The notes below the pieces were generated by a model. It did not search any database. It was not told the DNA's origin and worked only from the letters and a program-made list of their open reading frames with translations. A stretch of 62,612 bases of DNA, counting the filler, from Nemertoderma westbladi (taxonomy: Eukaryota; Animalia; Xenacoelomorpha): assembly GCA_032718475.1 (NCBI GenBank). It is 3 parts of 3 records of this genome, joined end to end, with 100 filler letters (N's around TTAATTAATTAA, not from the genome) between each part and the next. Parts side by side here need not be neighbours in the genome. Positions count along the whole stretch, not along the records: positions 1 to 23,294 come from JAUCBJ010000620.1; 2 more parts are not named here. One strand, written 5' to 3'. Positions within the stretch are counted from its first letter, which is position 1. Every line of letters begins with the position of its first letter. This document shows, in pieces, positions 1 to 12,366 of the stretch. The position numbers and the translations under genes were made by a program.

Positions 1-737
1 ACTTTTGGGTCTTTTCATAACATTTTTTAAATTTTGTGAAACATTTAATCATTTGATTCTCTATGCATTCTTATTATAAAATTTGATGAATTTCACCAAA
101 TAGATCAAACAATTTTGTAAACAAAAAGGTTTCATATGTAGTCGTTTCATAGTAATAGAATCTATCTACAGATGTACACTAAAAGTCTGAATGCATTTTA
201 TTTGAAAAAGGCTCTTTTTCTCAATAATTATTTTTAAAATTGAGTTAATTAATCTAACCTTTTTCACTAATTTCCAGAAAATTTGTTAAAAAAGTCTTTT
301 TTAACTAATTTTGCTGAAAATTAATAAAAAAAAGTATTTTAAACTAATTTTAGCTTATTGTACAGCTAGCTCAAACAATCTTTCGTCTGTACAGTACCGG
401 TTCTTGTACACGGTAACACAGTAGGGCTAGTACACTGTCTGGCTGTACAGTATACTGTAGCAGGACAAGTTGAATACTGAAATTGGTGAGTGGATAGAGC
501 TGTCTCATCCACAGATCCTACAGAATGGCTATATTAACAGTACCGGACCTGGTGGTAGGCCTAAATATTGACGATCTGTACGTGCTCAAAAATTTGAATG
601 AGCAAGATGACGTGATGTTTTCGGAGCTACTGACTCAGAAATCTTAGGATAGCTATCTGAAAGCGTGGGCAGCATTAATAGAGTATTATCGTCGTAAACA
701 ATGATAACGCTGGTGATATTTTTTCAAATAAAACAAT

Positions 738-995
738 AGGGACCTATTCGATATAAAAACGTAGCGGAAAACACTATTTTCCATTCATTTTCTTTAGCAA
801 AATTCAGTTATTCTGCCCTCGTGCGTTGAGTTTTCCACTCGTTGGCATTTTAACACTCGCATCGCTCGTTCTAAAAACCTGCTAACTCCTGTAAAACTCA
901 ACCACTCGGACAGAATAGTTGAATTTCGCTAAATTGAAAATGAGTGAAAAAAGCGGTGTCTTCCGCTTATTTTTTTTTGTCGAATAATAGTCCTT
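738..995. mobile_element. Palindromic (hairpin) MITE, degenerate
   Basis: Left arm TATTCGATATAAAAACGTAGCGGAAAACAC...TTTAGCAAAATTCAGTTATTCTG...GTTGAGTTTT is imperfectly reverse-complementary to right arm AAAACTCAAC...CAGAATAGTTGAATTTCGCTAAA...GTGTCTTCCGCTTATTTTTTTTTGTCGAATA over about 120 bp each; no ORF. Confidence 0.65.
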
Positions 996-1966
996 TAATC
1001 TAGCATCGTATGCAATACGTATGCTCTTAATCCTAATGTCATATTACTTCGTTATGATAGTGACCTTGTGCGGCTGTTAATCATGAGGGCAATGCGAGCA
1101 AGGTGATGTGATCACCCTGATAAGTTGGGTAAACAAACGTCCTGTAGGCCGTAAAGCAGGCAACTGGAAGATTGCAGTATATTAATTTGTGTTTGATCCG
1201 GTGTTCCTCGGGGTTCTAACATCACATCACATCACATTTTCTCATTTATTATTTTACACGCAGAAATTCTTCAGCACCGGGGCCTTGACAATAATACCAA
1301 TAGGCACACAAAGCTAAACCCATTGTCAATAATTGATCAACCCAGAAATATTTTGATCCCTTTTAAAAGGCGATTACTGAAAGCGATTTGGAATGGGGAA
1401 GGTAGCTAGCTAGTAATTATTATAGTGCAGTAATAAATACAACAAAGTTAGCAACGATGCCAGAATTTCATTGGTCCATTGTTTTCACCAATGGCGGCAG
1501 TTTGCTTCCTTCCTTCTCTGGTGATGTTACTAAATCGATTTAGTTGGCTTACTATTTATTTTCATATAAAAAGTTTTTAACCATTGTATTTGTATTTTAT
1601 TAGTGTCAATGCTGTGAAATTTTTGAAATTCTACTCTATGGGTAGAGCTTTGCGAATTATATATTTGGAAATATCGATTTCTACGTAGACATATGGGGTA
1701 TATAATTATAATTTTTACGAAATTTTAACGTTGGTGAGTACAATTATTTAATTTTTGTAAAAGTTGTTTGATCTAATAAAATATAATATGTTGGATATTA
1801 AATGTCAAAATTTAATCACAAGGTTTAAGTTGTTTACTAACTACAGTAACACCAGATAAAACAATTAGCACTCGGTTCTTTAGTTAGTTTGTTTTTTAGT
1901 CAATGGAGTGTAATGTAGCATATTACAATGTTTTATAGCACTTCGAATTAATAATCTCATACCTTA

Positions 1967-2326
1967 AGGCCCGTTCACACTCAACGGAACGGTACACCGC
2001 TGAGTGTGAACGAACCTGCGGTATACGAGCGGTTTCTGAGCGGTAAATGATTTTGATCACCGCTGAATGTAAACGACCCAGCAGGTACGTAGTTTCGCGG
2101 TACACCGTGCTGTGTTTACCGCAGCCCATTAAATAATGTTAATAAAATGATTGTCTAAACTGTTGAATAGGCGACCAGTTACCGAAACGGTACCGTTTAG
2201 TGTGAACGGGCTCTGAGTAGTGTACCCCTGGCTTACCGCTTCAATAACACCAGACTAACCATTGGGTTCAAACTACCTGTCAACGGGTAGTTTACTGCTC
2301 ACGCGCCGGTGATGGTGAACGGGCCT
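1967..2326. mobile_element. MITE, PIF/Harbinger-like termini
   Basis: TIR AGGCCCGTTCAC...GTGAACGGGCCT flanked by TA on both sides (1965-66, 2327-28). Internal copies of the TIR motif (GTGTGAACG near 2004 and 2200, ATGTAAACG near 2067). Superfamily inferred from the TIR style. Confidence 0.7.
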
Positions 2327-3768
2327 TAGGTAGTCTCAGCGGCACGGCGGAAATATCCCAAAGCAAGATACTTGTTTCGACAACAACACCTGATGGAAGC
2401 TCTGTTCAATCTGAGTTAATCTACATGGGGTATGCGTACTGCGGAGTATCATGGGTGGAAGGGCACCATTTCGATCATTCATGACGTCATGGTTTCTCCT
2501 TCAATCGTCATAGTACTGTGTGTTCCAATTGGGTTAAGGTATAAGATACTTTGGGTCTGTTAGGGTGTTATGTTAAGATATGGTGATATATAGGCTCAGG
2601 CGGCAGAAGACACAGATCCTTTGGTGGCCCTGGCCCTCCATCAACAGTTTGCGGCATGCACTTGGTTAAATACCTATATTTGATGGGGTATATTTAATCG
2701 GGAGAAAATGTATGACCAACTGGATGAGCCGAACATCACTCTGCAGAATCACCCCCTCTATTCGCTGTATCCTATTTGCAGGAGCGCGAAAGATCATCAT
2801 GTTCATGATATCATCCCAGGATCATAATTGTTTGTAGGTGACAGCCTGAGGTGAGGTTTAATTCCCTAGGAGACAAGTGCCACTGACTTATGCGATCAAT
2901 CCTTAAATTGGCTAATATTTGTTTAATCAACATTCATGACGTAATTTCACGGGTGATGGATCGCTTCTGATTTTTGAATAATGGTTTATACAGAAGTTAC
3001 AGTACTGCTATGCTACTGACAAGTACACCGCCGCTCAGTGGACATCACCGTGCAAAATATCTATCACGTATGAAGTAATGATTGATTAATTGGTTTCATA
3101 CAAGATGTAGGCCTAGCCCCAGTGATCTTATAATTATTCTTTCTACGTCACTTTGTACTTTTTGCACTGATGATCATCTTAGTTAGGATAATGAAAAAAC
3201 TTAATTTATACAAAATTTATCTATGAAAATGAAAAAGAAGGCAATTTTTCCTAAAAAATGCATATTTTATGTTCAAATACGCCTACCAATACGTATACCA
3301 GCTATACGTACTGTACCACACGTCAGTTGCCTTGATTCGAGTATTCGTTGTATTTCTGGTATTTAGGCATACTGGTACTACCAGACAAATCAAATCACAT
3401 CCCACTCACACCACGTACGTGGACAAGAGAGGTGAAAATGAAATACGGGGAGAAGAAAAGGCAATAATGGGGGAAGGGGTCAAAAGGCAATTTTGTGCAT
3501 TAAACATTACTTTATTATATGAAAAACAAATAGCTGTTTCCCTTAGAACCCATTAATGTATAATTAATAATGTATAGTTAATCTCGATCGTTCATCAAAT
3601 CGAATGTCGATATGTATATATTAATATTATATATATCAATATAATAATATTTAATTAATGTAATATATATCAATATGTATAATGGTAGCATAGCCCATTA
3701 ATACGACAATAATGTGACGATAATAGTATTAATTAAATCATACTTTCAAACTGGTCGGTCACCAGTTG

Positions 3769-4189
3769 CACAGTGGGCCAGAGTTGGCCAAAATACCCCA
3801 AAGCACCTTTGAAAACCTATAAATACCGCAAATGGCACATTTCTATTAAGCTTTAGCGATTTTTATATTTTCTGCCATGGCAAACAAAAGTGTCATGTGC
3901 CACATGCAAAAAAGTGGGACTTCTGTGCTACTATAGAATTTGAAACCATATGTTAAAGCTTGTAGAAAAGAAATCTGTGCTATTCTTTCTGTGTTTATTG
4001 TGTTTGCCAAATATGCCAATTTTGGCACGTGCCAGAAATGGCACAAAGGCACCCTTTGAGAATTCGAGACCCATCTCAGAAGATTCGCCGCTATCGAAAA
4101 CCCGTACAGGTGAAAATTAATGCCCAAACTATGAATATTTTTCGAAATAATGCATTTTGGCCACAAAACAGGGTTTCTGGCCCACCGTG
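3769..4189. mobile_element. Non-autonomous Transib/RAG-like element (MITE) with RSS-like ends
   Basis: TIRs CACAGTGGGCCAGA / (rc) CACGGTGGGCCAGA; perfect 5-bp TSD AGTTG (3764-3768, 4190-4194). CAC termini with a 5-bp TSD are characteristic of Transib/RAG-like transposons. Confidence 0.85.
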
Positions 4190-4949
4190 AGTTGGCGCCA
4201 AAACTGGAAGCGTCCTTTACTGAGCTTTGCTATTTAACAAAAAACTATTAAATCACATGCTATTTAAGTTCAAGTTTCAGTTTGCTGTTCAAAAGTTCGG
4301 AAATCTGCGATGCGGGATTGGTTGAGAATTAATTTATTCAATCAATTATTTGTTAAACGTCTTACTGTACAGTAGTTGTTAATAAAGAAGCGTATTTTGA
4401 ATTTGGTGTAACTAAAACGCAACAATAAGAATAGGAACCGAAAATATTGTTGATTTAATCTCATGGAAGAGTTATTTCTTACGATATTAGTTTAGCCCCA
4501 GCTTAACCCGCCGAGCTTCATTGAAAATGATATGGTCGATATTACTACGTGCACTTCTGCCAAGTGCAACAAAGTCCTTTGAAGTTTAGAGTTGTATCCG
4601 TTGCCACTATGTAGCTAATGTTTCTGTAAGGTTCCAAGCCTGGAGGGCTTGGAGTTGAAAGATTATACTACTACTGATAGGGCGTCAGGCATTGTAATGT
4701 CCAAGTAGTTCAACACTAACGGTACCTTTTTTTACAGATAAAATAAAATGTCCTCCCGGAGAATGTGCCCCCCCCCCCCCCCCCCCGCTTAGGAAATATG
4801 CCCCCCCCCCCCACGCTTAGGAAATATGCCACCCCCCCTGAATTACACTATTTTATTGAAGACTTGTCTGACTCTGAGATTGTATGCACAACTGAACCCA
4901 GCCTATGAAAGAGAGGTCATGTCAGGTCAGATATTATAGGTCATTGATC

Positions 4950-5945
4950 AAGAAAACTTGCCACCTCCATGCAGCATAAAGGAGGTGCCACCTGTAGCTG
5001 CATAGACCCTCTTACTAGGGCAAATCTGGTCCTGTAACTAGGACCCCCTACGTTCTGGGATAAGGACGCAATTGGTCCTGGATTAAGGACCCATATACTT
5101 GGCTGCAGGGGTATATGGCCTGGCCAGGCAGATAGTGATCTGGTGATAGTGATAGTGATATCTGTCTATAGTGATAGTGATAGCTGGTCAGGAGTAGAGC
5201 GTTCTCATGTCCACTCTGAGTGCACTTCACTGCGACCTGCACCTGGCAGCAGGGGTACAGGGCATGACCCAGCAGATGAGCTGCACGGCCAATGGTGGGT
5301 CATGTGCGCCAGAGTAGATATGGGTGATGGGCCTCATATCTGATTCCACACCCACCCTGTGGAATGGCAAACCAGGGTGTGGTATATGCCCCGAGAGCTG
5401 ACTCGGCAAAAAAGCACCCCCCAACTCCCACTATGGATTACATTAGTAATGCGGAGGTCAGCCACTAGAGGCCAGTGGAATGACTGGACACAATCGGCCT
5501 CACAGGCGTCAGTTATCTCCTGACCGGCTGCCTGTCTCACCCCCTTCTGGAGAGAGAGAGCGGCAAACAATTATTTCTGGCCCAAACCCTGGGTCACCAG
5601 GGAGGCCAGACTGTGAGGGGGAGAGGGATTCTGGAGTTAGAGGCTACTCTCATGTTCCACCCCGACCAACAAAGCCATTGGTGAATCTGGGGCAAGTCAC
5701 TAGACTAGCCTCAGTAAACACCCTAACACTCGGGTCCCCAATGCGACAAGGTGAGCTGACTGCCTTGGCAGACAAGCTTTCTCTTAGTGCAGTGGGTGTT
5801 CAAGAGCACCGAATGCAGACTGGACAGACTGATGAGGTTCTGATTAAGGACATGGGGGGCGGTTGGCGACTCGCCCTCGCTTCAGCAGATGATAGTGGCA
5901 ATGGTGGAATTGGTCTATTGATGAATCCAACTGCACATTGCAATA
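4950..5945 (+). mobile_element. RTE-like LINE 5' end: 5'UTR plus N-terminal AP-endonuclease fragment
   Basis: ORF 5480-5956 carries APE N-terminal motifs (RLASVNTLTL, VGVQEHR, GGIGLLM), then breaks off. The upstream GC-richer UTR has short hairpins (GGTCCT..AGGACC twice) and a (GTGATA)n tract. The start coordinate is approximate. Confidence 0.7.
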
Positions 5946-7286
5946 AATTGCGCTAGTTTATCCCCTGGCACATTGGAAACAACACGGGTGTCTGAGATGT
6001 TATGGAAACAACATGGATGTTGATCTGGAACTTGCAAATTATCTGAATGAAATACAGATATGAATCTTTTTTATGTTTTAACATCCATAGATTGAAAAAC
6101 ATTATCATGCAGGGTCGGGCCTACATACTGTACGATAGAGGACTGCTACAATCTTTCAAACAATAGGATTCGTGAATACTTTAATATGGTCTAAACCTTC
6201 ATTATAATTGCATCTGACTGACACTCGCCTTCATCATATCTACAACAGACACTCTATATTATTTATACGGACTTGTATTATCTACATCCTGAACTACACT
6301 TTTAAGATTTAGATCACCGAACCGCTAATGATGTTCAAGTTGACGTTGTTGTGGTGTTAATACCGTGGGACTAATATATTATTTGTGGCACCGTACTTAT
6401 GTTCGACTTTCCCGAAACATACACAATGATTTGCATTCGTACAGAGGAGATAGCTGGGAGTTTCATTCACTTATCAGCATATGATGCAGGTGGCCTACTG
6501 TTGATACCAACTGTACTGCATCTGCAGCACAAAGGCAAGGTAGACCTAATTTTTCTACTACTCTTAGGCTGGCGTAATGTTATAAAAGTTTCACAGGGTT
6601 GTGGTGATAATTGAATGCAATTCCCCATCCAGTGATGCTGAAGTGACCAATAATATTGAGTAATTTCCCCTTGTTCTACATACAATCAAATGATATTTCG
6701 GTAGATAAGCTTGCTTTTATGATATTCAGTGCCAGGTAGCCTTAATTCAATTCAACCCTCTGTGTAAATCGAAATTCAAAGAAAGTCTCCTTAAGGAATT
6801 CCTTCAGTTCCAGAAACATCCTTGAACGTCCTATTGTATTGTATTGATTTTGTTACTGATTTCGTTTTAATACTGTTTTTGCGGTGGTTAACGTTGTGGT
6901 CATTGGTGTTACATTCATCCCTTCTGTAACCCGGATTTCTATTGAAAACCTGAAATTCTTCATATTATGGGGTTAAAATGTAAAGTGAAATATAACATCA
7001 GAAAATCTGGCATACTTCACATCACATCTTATATAAAACATGTAGAGATACTGATTCGTTTATTGTTTTGGTTAGATTCAGCCCTTCTGTATCCTGTGTC
7101 ATGGGCCGTATTTCTCATAGTGGCCATGATAGCCGAGTTTCAGAAAGAATTAGAATCGGACCGGATTCACCGAAAGTGATTTGGCTGGGGAAGGTTAAGA
7201 TTAGAATTCCATATGGTCTTTTAAACTAAGTTCCAACAATCCTATTTGGGGCTAGAAAATGTTGCAATTTGTCAGATGTAGAGCCT

Positions 7287-7560
7287 TATTTTGACTGGAC
7301 TATGTTCGCATACTATGACCGCCACGTGAAAAACAAATCGACGGTTGTCATGAAGGCATTAAACCAGCAGTACTTCAACTGACAGCCAAGCAGAATTAAT
7401 CAAAGAGCAGGTCTCTGCTATAAATACCAATGATGAACGAAATATGCTGATGCCGGTCAAACAATAAACATATATTTCTACACACTGCTCAGCAATGACT
7501 GACTACAGTCAGACACTTCATCGTGTCTGACAAGGCACGACAAGACGCAACATGTATGTA
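7287..7560 (+). mobile_element. Degenerate Penelope-like element 3' end (GIY-YIG C-terminus remnant)
   Basis: Frameshifted translation FDW/DYVRIL/DR...RRL/VMKAL...RINQRAGL resembles the PLE GIY-YIG tail. It is followed by a hammerhead-like relic at 7527-7556. Confidence 0.35.
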
Positions 7561-8399
7561 TGGAGGTGGGAAAATTGTCCAGGATAAAATTAATAGTGCA
7601 GGAGGCACTTGTCAGGGGGGCCATTGTCATGCTTCAGATGCAGGGTAAAGATTCCCAATCAGCCATCTTACCTTCCAAAAATAATTTACATTAGCCATTC
7701 TTGCATGTCCAAACTATTCTAGAAAATCCACCATACACTGTATCAGAACGGTTTGAGCACCAGACTGTGATATGTGCATTATATAGGTCATTATAGTTTA
7801 TCGGTAGGCCTACTCTAACTGTACCGGTACTCCATTCTTTTGTAGGTAGCTTAGTATAGCCTAGGCCCTACTTTGTCTGATTGTCTGATGTTCTATTGTA
7901 CTCTTTTCTGATATCATATATCTCTTATGTTATTCTCGTACTTGGCTTCTCACACTCTCCTCTCACCTACCCAAATAATAGTTCATCAGCCAATCCTAAG
8001 ATAGATATCCTTATCATGGACATGTTTAGAGCATACAAGAGAAAATGGAGAGATGAGCTTGATTTTAATCATCCCACACCATTCAAACCTGGATGTTGGG
8101 TCAGTATAATTACAACTCAGATGAACTATGAAAAGATTTAAGATAATTTAAGAGGATCTATCCTTTGCATTGTTTCTTTCTGGTAGATAATTGAAGAGGT
8201 AATTTTGTCCTTAGGCCTATAGGAATAAATACGCACCAGCAAGAGCATATACGATAATTATCAGATTAACAAAATTACTAATGGCAGTCCAAAGTCCATG
8301 GTACGTAATTGCGCCAATGCTAATTATCCTGCATCCCAGCTGCCAAATATGATCAGGGCCAATCTAAGCATTATTATCGAGTGATGCAAGGCATTGCCT

Positions 8400-8800
8400 A
8401 GCTAGGGTTCAGGGTGCTGCGACAAGGATTGCTACACTTGGAGACAAATACAGCCTCTAGACAAAGTGAATAGCGATAATTGATGGGATTTAGTTTTTGT
8501 AACACTGTGTAAGAATTCAATAATCTATAGAACAGGTTGTGGCTAAAGCTATTGAGGTGTTGGTTATGGTCGTTCATGTTCATATCTGGGAATGGCTGAT
8601 AATTGATTCGGACTTATTTGATAGTGTTTGTACATAGTTAATAATTTATGGCATTAAATCATCGTACGAGATTCCAGAAATATTAGCATTACGTTTCCGT
8701 ATTATTTTCAATTGATACATTGTTGCATGCCATTACAGACCTATCCCGCATATTGCAATACCCGAAATACCCATAAAATGCTGGAATTATTCCAGTGAAA
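8400..8800 (-). mobile_element. Degenerate Gypsy/Ty3 integrase C-terminal fragment
   Basis: Minus-strand pieces PAFYGYFGY, YVQTLSNK and YTVLQKLNPINYR are in the order expected for the integrase C-terminus and GPY/F region; interrupted by stops. Confidence 0.4.
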
Positions 8801-8990
8801 ATTTTGAAAAAAGATACCGGCAATTAATAATATGCAACAGTTATTATTTATTCTATTTATTATTTATTTGCTTTGTACAGTTCACTGGAACTATTTTGTC
8901 TGCGCTTAAATCGCTCTATTTTAGACATATTCATAGCAAATTAAATTTTCCATAGAATTGTACATATACCTACAACATGTATGTACTCAA

Positions 8991-9460
8991 CTGCGACCTG
9001 CGCCTGGCAGCAGGGGTGCAGGGCACGGCCCTGCGGCAAGGAGCAGCATAGGAAATGGTGGTCGGTGTAGCTGTGGCTGATGGGATCCGTATCTCATTCC
9101 ACTGCGACATCCACCCTGCTGTGAGCTGGAAAACCACAGCGTTCTATTTGCCCCAATCCGCACAAACTGACGCGGCAAAAATATACCCCAGCCCCAACCC
9201 GCACAAAATGCAATGACTTACCACAATAACACAGGTCAGGCCAAAAAGGGTCAATGGGAACACCGGCTTCGATTGTCCTCGCAGGCGCCAGTTAACTCCT
9301 TTCTGGCTGCATCACTGGCTTACCCCCTACAGGAGAGCAATGAAAACAGTTTTTAGTCCCTTTCCTGGTGACATGTCTGGACAGATTGTGAGAGTGAGAT
9401 AGATTTTGGTGTTGGATGCTACTCTCACATTCCACTCAGCCATTGGTAGCCATGAGCAGA
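8991..9460 (+). mobile_element. Second, diverged copy of the RTE-like 5'UTR
   Basis: CTGCGACCTGCGCCTGGCAGCAGGGGTGCAGGGCACGGCCC matches 5230-5270. Further collinear matches (CCACCCTG, CAGGCG.CAGTTA.CTCCT, CTACTCTCA) to 5350-5660. Confidence 0.65.
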
Positions 9461-10079
9461 TCACAGTGTTAATGTAATGAATCCAACGTCTGAACCTTTA
9501 TACAGATCATTGGAGTGCTATTGTTTGGTAAGTAGCCCTTACATCTGAGGCAGCAGATAAATGTGAGTGCTATTCTGCTTTTACAAGACTATTAAGGCAG
9601 CACCTGTATAACAATTCCTGTATGCCATCAAAACATAAAAAATAGGACACCCTAGACATACCACCGAATTCGTATGTGCTGAAAGGCACAGCAGCCTTTA
9701 GCTCATCTGAGCAGTCTGCTTCTAGTGTTATTGGTCTTTTTGTAAATTCAAAGAAGGCCACATTTTTGACAGTTAACTTGGACAGAAATTAGGAAATGTC
9801 AACATAAGACCATAAGCTCCAATAATGGTGTGCTTGATCATGTGGATGAATTCTGGCACATATGAAGTAAAACGGAGTTTCTTCTGTATTTATCTTTGCA
9901 GTTTACCCCCCATGTGTAGAATACCTGGTTGTTTTACTAAAAACCCAGGTTACATAAGGGCTGAATCTGTCACATAAGTGGTGAATCTATCAAAACAATA
10001 AACGAATTAGCATCTCTGCAGGTTATAAGGCAGAAATAAACACATCACAATCCCCTCCCTCTCTATTCAGTATTCAGCT

Positions 10080-10325
10080 TGGATGTGTTTCATTAGCTCC
10101 CAACAAGTTTGACATTACTTCCAGGATGGACCAGCCAGGGCCAGATCACCTCAAGGAGGGAATAAGCGTGGTGGACAGCCTATGACTTTCTTGAGATACC
10201 TCTTAAAGGTCACTGGTGGATAATCTCGGGAAGGGCATGGGTGATAAGGTGTTGTGGTCGAATAATTTTGTTGATAAGCCATGACAGCATACTTAATGCA
10301 GTGGCAACGCAGCGCGCTGATTATA
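10080..10325 (+). mobile_element. Old RTE 3' fragment (same family as 48885-49387)
   Basis: GTGGTGGACAGCCTATGACTTTCTTGAGAT...ATGGGTGATAAGGTGTTGTGG...AATTTTGTTGATAAGCC matches the family 3' end. A weaker upstream remnant (VLLFG...TRLLR) lies near 9510-9610. Confidence 0.6.
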
Positions 10326-10690
10326 GATAGTTATCACACAAATTTATGTCACCTACCTCTTAATGGAATTATTTATCTCTTAACAAGAAACTCCAATAGG
10401 TAACGAAAGTGTTTATATTGGATCTCCTTATATAACGGGAGTGGCAGATTGATTGGAAGGCACACTGTGTTGCTAACTGAAGCACCACTTACTTTATTTT
10501 AATGATTTGGCAGTTGTGGGATCTCAGATGTCATTGGAAAATAATAAGATTATTATTTACATCTGAATAATGTTGTTATTAGACAGCGATTCCAAAATCC
10601 CATTTTTCTAAAAAAGTTTGTTTCTGAGAATCTTTTATAATAATAATATCAGATTACTTAAAAAAAAACATTCTGTATATGAAGTCTGTA

Positions 10691-12315
10691 ATCACCCTGT
10701 TCACATACCATAGCACTATGGCCAGTAGGTTCACCCTGTTCACATACCATTGCACTATGGCCAGTAGGATCACCCTGTTCACATAACATAGCACTATGGC
10801 CAGTAGGTTCACCCTGTTCACATACCATTGCACTATGGCCAGTAGGATCACCCTGTTTACATAACATAGCACTATGGCCAGTAGGATCACCCTGTTCACA
10901 CGACCTTGTACTATGGCCAGTAGGTTCACCCTGTTCACATACCATTGCACTATGGCCAGGAGGATCACCCTGTTCACACGACATTGCACTATGGCCAGTA
11001 GGATCACCCTGTTCACGCGACCTTGCACTATGGCCAGTAGGATCACCCTGTTCAACCGACCTTGACTATGGCCAGTCGGATCACCCCGTTCAAACGACAT
11101 TGTACTATGTCCAGTAGGATCACCCCGTTCACACGACATTGCATTATTGCCAGTAGGATCAGCCTGTTCACACGACCTTGCACTATTGACAGTAGGATCT
11201 GCCTGTTCACACGACCTTGCACTATTGACAGTAGGATCAGCCTGTTCACACGACCTTGCACTATTGCCAGTAGGATTAGCCTGTTCACACGACCTTGCAC
11301 TATGGCCAGTACGATCAGATCACCCTGTTCACACGACCTTGCACTATTCCCAGTAGGATCTGCCTATTCACACGACCTTGCACTATTGCCAGTAGGATCA
11401 GCCTATTCACACGACCTTGCACTATTGCCAGTAGGATCAGCCTGTTCACACGACCTTGCACTATTGCCAGTAGGATCTGCCTGTTCACACGACCTTGCAC
11501 TATTGCTAGTAGGATCAGCCTGTTCACACGACCTTGCACTATTGCCAGTAGGATCAGCCTGTTCACACGACCTTGCACTATTGCCAGTAGGATCAGCCTG
11601 TTCACACGACCTTGCACTATGGCCAGTAGGATCACACTGTTAACACGACCTTGCACTATTGCCAGTAGGATCTGCCTGTTCACACGACCTTGCACTATTG
11701 CCAGTAGGATCAGCCTGTTCACACGACCTTACACTATTGCCAGTAGGATCAGCCTGTTCACACGACCTTGCACTATGGCCAGTACGATCAGATCACCCTG
11801 TTCACACGACCTTGCACTATTCATAGTAGGATCTGCCTATTCACACGACCTTGCACTATTGCCAGTAGGATCAGCCTGTTCACACGACCTTGCACTATTG
11901 CCAGTAGGATCTGCCTGTTCACACGACCTTGCACTATTGCCAGTAGGATCTGTCTGTTCACACGACCTTGCACTATTGCCAGTAGGATCAGCCTGTTCAC
12001 ACGACCTTGCACTATTGCCAGTAGGATCAGCCTGTTCACACGACCTTGCACTATTGCCAGTAGGATCAGCCTGTTCACACGACCTTGCACTAGGCCAGTA
12101 GGATCACCCTGTTAACACGACCTTGCACTATTGCCAGTAGGATCTGCCTGTTCACACGACCTTGCACTATGGCCAGTAGGCGAGTAGGGTCACCCTGTTC
12201 ACACGACCTTGCACTATTGCCAGTATGATCTGCCGGTTCACACGACCTTGCACTATGGCCAGCAGAGTCACCCTGTTCACACGACCTTGCACTATTGCCA
12301 GTAGGATCTGCCTGT
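10691..12315. repeat. 39-bp minisatellite, about 41 copies
   Basis: Unit CACCCTGTTCACACGACCTTGCACTATGGCCAGTAGGAT with variants; produces the 13-aa periodic ORFs seen in several frames. Confidence 0.95.
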
Positions 12316-12366
12316 GCTTCAACATTCTTGGTGTCCAGCGAATAACTTTCCTTATCCGGCTTCTCA

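Noticed and set aside
4767-4840. Poly-C runs with repeated GCTTAGGAAATATGCC (also poly-G at about 18054-18076)
   Set aside because: Simple low-complexity or TE-end remnants; no further structure identified.
6060-7000. Possible decayed coding sequence
   Set aside because: Short ORFs on both strands with no motif I can assign.
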